In this document: piece after piece, positions 61,538 to 64,000 of the stretch | Layout of the letters: the number at the start of each line of letters is the position of its first letter | How positions within the stretch are numbered: the first letter of the stretch is position 1 | Source of the DNA: Octopus bimaculoides | Lineage: Eukaryota | DNA length: 64,000 nucleotides | Assembly: GCF_001194135.2 (NCBI RefSeq) | Contig: NC_068981.1 | Coordinates: 111,028,462-111,092,461 of the forward strand | Reading direction: 5' to 3' | Translations under genes and position numbers: made by a program | Notes under the pieces: model-generated | What the model was told of the DNA's origin: nothing | The model's database searches: none | Seen by the model: the letters and a program-made list of their open reading frames with translations, nothing else

Positions 61538-63067
61538 TTAAAAAAGTCTTTACAAAGGATCGCGTTATAGCTCCTATTTAAATTTNNNNNNNNNNNNNNN
61601 NNNNNNNNNNNNNNNNNNNNNNNNNNNNNNNNNATATATAGATAGATAGATAGATAGATAGATGTGTGTGTGTATGCGTGTATATATGTGAGATAATAGT
61701 TTCACTTTTAATAGTGAAAGTATTGAAACTGAAAGTATTATCTCATTACAATAGATATATTATTGTTTCACTTTTGACTTGTGATACTGAAATAGTGTAA
61801 GAGATAAGTTATTGCTCCAGGCTCGCAATAGGCAAGAAGTTGAAAATTGTTATGGCCCATGCTACTGCATGGGCCCTAAGTAAGGCATGTATAAAATTAC
61901 TGGCATCCATGCCAGTGGAGCGCTAAGAGCATCATCCAAGCATGATCGTTGCCAGGGCCACTGTGTGGCCCCTGTGCCAGTGGCACATAAATAGCACCAT
62001 TCAAGCGTGATCGTAACCAGCGTTGCCTCACTGGCACTTGTGCCTGTAGTACGTGGAAAACAACATTATTATTATCACATATATCCAACTCCTACATAAT
62101 AATTATATTAATAATAATAATAATAATATTGATAATAATAATAATATTAATTTTTATAATAATAATAATAACAATAATAATAATAATATTATCTATAATA
62201 ATAATTATAACTAACTCCAATGCTAGCTGGTTCTACACTCTTTCCTTCTCAAGTAAGTACAGATTGTTCTACTCCAAGAACAGTTATATTCATATAGTTT
62301 ACATTATATTTACGTATATACTAACAATCTGGTTTTCATAAGTAATATAATAAAGTAAAATACATGGTTACTTCCCTTTGTATATCTCTCTCAAATCCAG
62401 TTTTGAATCATTCTATTCTTTATCTAGAAGCATACTTTAATATATTCGCTTTCTACTCGCACTTTACTTCTATATTCTGTCTAATATTGACTTCAACTTT
62501 TATTAATATACCTTTATGTCATAAAGTAATATATAAGGACGCACGTTTTTTCTGAAGGATTATTCTGATTTAGTTTAGATAAGAATTTAAATATGTATTT
62601 ATTGCAAATCCATTTAATCACGTAATTTAATCTTTTATTACTTTATAAATTATATTATGTATTGCCATTTACTTAGGTTAATTACTGTAATTAATATGAT
62701 ACACTATTAATGGTTACCCATATTAGCTATTCACATTATAAGCAACTTTATTGCTACACGTTTATTTATGAAATCTTACGAACATAAACATGCACTCTAA
62801 ATACAAATCCACTGGATTATGTCCCTTTTTCTTTCCACTTACATACATTTTTTATCAAACAATTTATTATTTAAAAAAAAATTTTGTGGTTTATTATGAC
62901 TTCTATTTAATTTAAAGTCCAATTGTAGCATTCATCACTTTCCTCCCAATACTATATCCTGTAACCTAGCATTCTTACATCTAACGGTCTTTTTAAACTT
63001 AGCTATATAGTGTTCTTCCAAATATGTAATTTTCACATTTGGTACAAGTCTTGCATTCAAAGAATGG

Positions 63068-63151
63068 TTCCCTGAAGAGAAAATTACATGCATAATAACA
63101 TCTTTTACTCCTTTGGAATAGAGTACATATAATTTTCGAAACGTGTCAGAA
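63068..63151 (+). ncRNA. Minimal type I hammerhead ribozyme (one stem I mismatch)
   Basis: TTCC-CTGAAGA (63072-63078), stem II GAAAATTA/TAATTTTC, GAAA (63138-63141), ACGTGT, GUC, then AGAA. Confidence 0.7.
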
Positions 63152-63195
63152 TTAAAGGAACTTATTTATTATATGTGTTTTGCTCCATTTCTTCG

Positions 63196-64000
63196 GGTGT
63201 GACTTATTATGCCATCTACGATAAGTCTTGCTAGCTGAAAATCAACTAAAAAAGAAAGCCTTACAATGAAAAAACCCTTATGATGTAAATATGTTCATAA
63301 TTCAAAAGACGATGAAATTAATAGGGAAAGTCTGAAGGCTGCTTTGCGTAAAATTATTAAGCATATGTAAATTTCATCCTGCAAAACAACTTTTTGCGCT
63401 GCCCTCATTATACATAGCAGGGTAATCCCTTTTCACAGGAGCTAGGATGGCAATTTGTGATGAAGCAATTGCTGGCGATCTATTGCTAAACAGTTTTGCC
63501 AGAATTCTATCAGATTGGGCAGAAGATGTTGATGCACCATTTTGCATTATGTTCAAAGTAGCTACTGGAATGTGGTGAATTGCTGCAGTCTGTTGCTGTC
63601 ATTTTAAACTGGTTGCTGTCTTTCCCCAGCAAACTCTCTTCTTTGGAGGCATAATCTATGTATATATTAAACAGAACAACAAAAGTTATAATAGATGGCA
63701 GGGTCGGTACTTTTCACATATCTGTAATTTTTCAGATTAACACCTGCACGATTACCCAACCCTAATCCTAAACCTAATCCTAAACCTAATCCTAACACTA
63801 ACCCTAACACTAACCCTAAACCTAACCCTAATCCTGACCCTAAAAAACGTAACCGTAACATTAATCCTAAACTCTAGCCCTGACCCTAACACCCTAGTGA
63901 AAATCGTGGTAAATTTACAAACATTGACGAACATGAGTTATATTTTACTGAATGATTGTGTACTTGCACGTGTATGCTTTTGAGAGAGCGAGAGAGGAAG
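63196..64000 (-). mobile_element. Second copy of the telomere-repeat-carrying Helitron-like element (3' terminus missing, runs off the window)
   Basis: Direct homology to about 49376-50000, including the (CCCTAA)n-like array at about 63755-63895. Confidence 0.8.

Noticed and set aside
63667-63934. LGLG/RVRV-repeat ORFs
   Set aside because: These are translations of the telomere-like repeat.
42726-64000. Next MEGF8 exon (expected to start in phase 1 after RTG)
   Set aside because: Candidate AG..GT segments near 43040-43300 contain stops or lack similarity. No exon could be supported; it may lie in a gap or beyond the window.

Overview
AT-rich, microsatellite-rich animal genomic DNA with several N gaps. 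The SINE and LINE families suggest a cephalopod, most likely Octopus; this is inferred and not verified by a search. The only host gene I can support is MEGF8 on the + strand: three phase-compatible exons (23112-23367, 41827-41956, 42524-42725) encoding the last kelch repeat and PSI repeats. Most of the rest is nested, decayed transposon sequence, apparently intronic. It includes two two-LTR Gypsy elements, RTE and R4/Dong-like LINEs, four Penelope-like (GIY-YIG) fragments, Tc1/Tc3/mariner, a Chapaev-like transposase, Helitrons and tRNA-derived SINEs. The least expected signal is a set of about ten minimal type I hammerhead-ribozyme motifs or remnants with self-complementary stem III. Three separate fold-back or inverted-repeat structures are built on or around such hammerheads (4924-5144, 16638-16880 extending to 19258, and 55531-59000). 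Boundaries of decayed repeats are approximate unless termini are stated. All alignments were done by eye.
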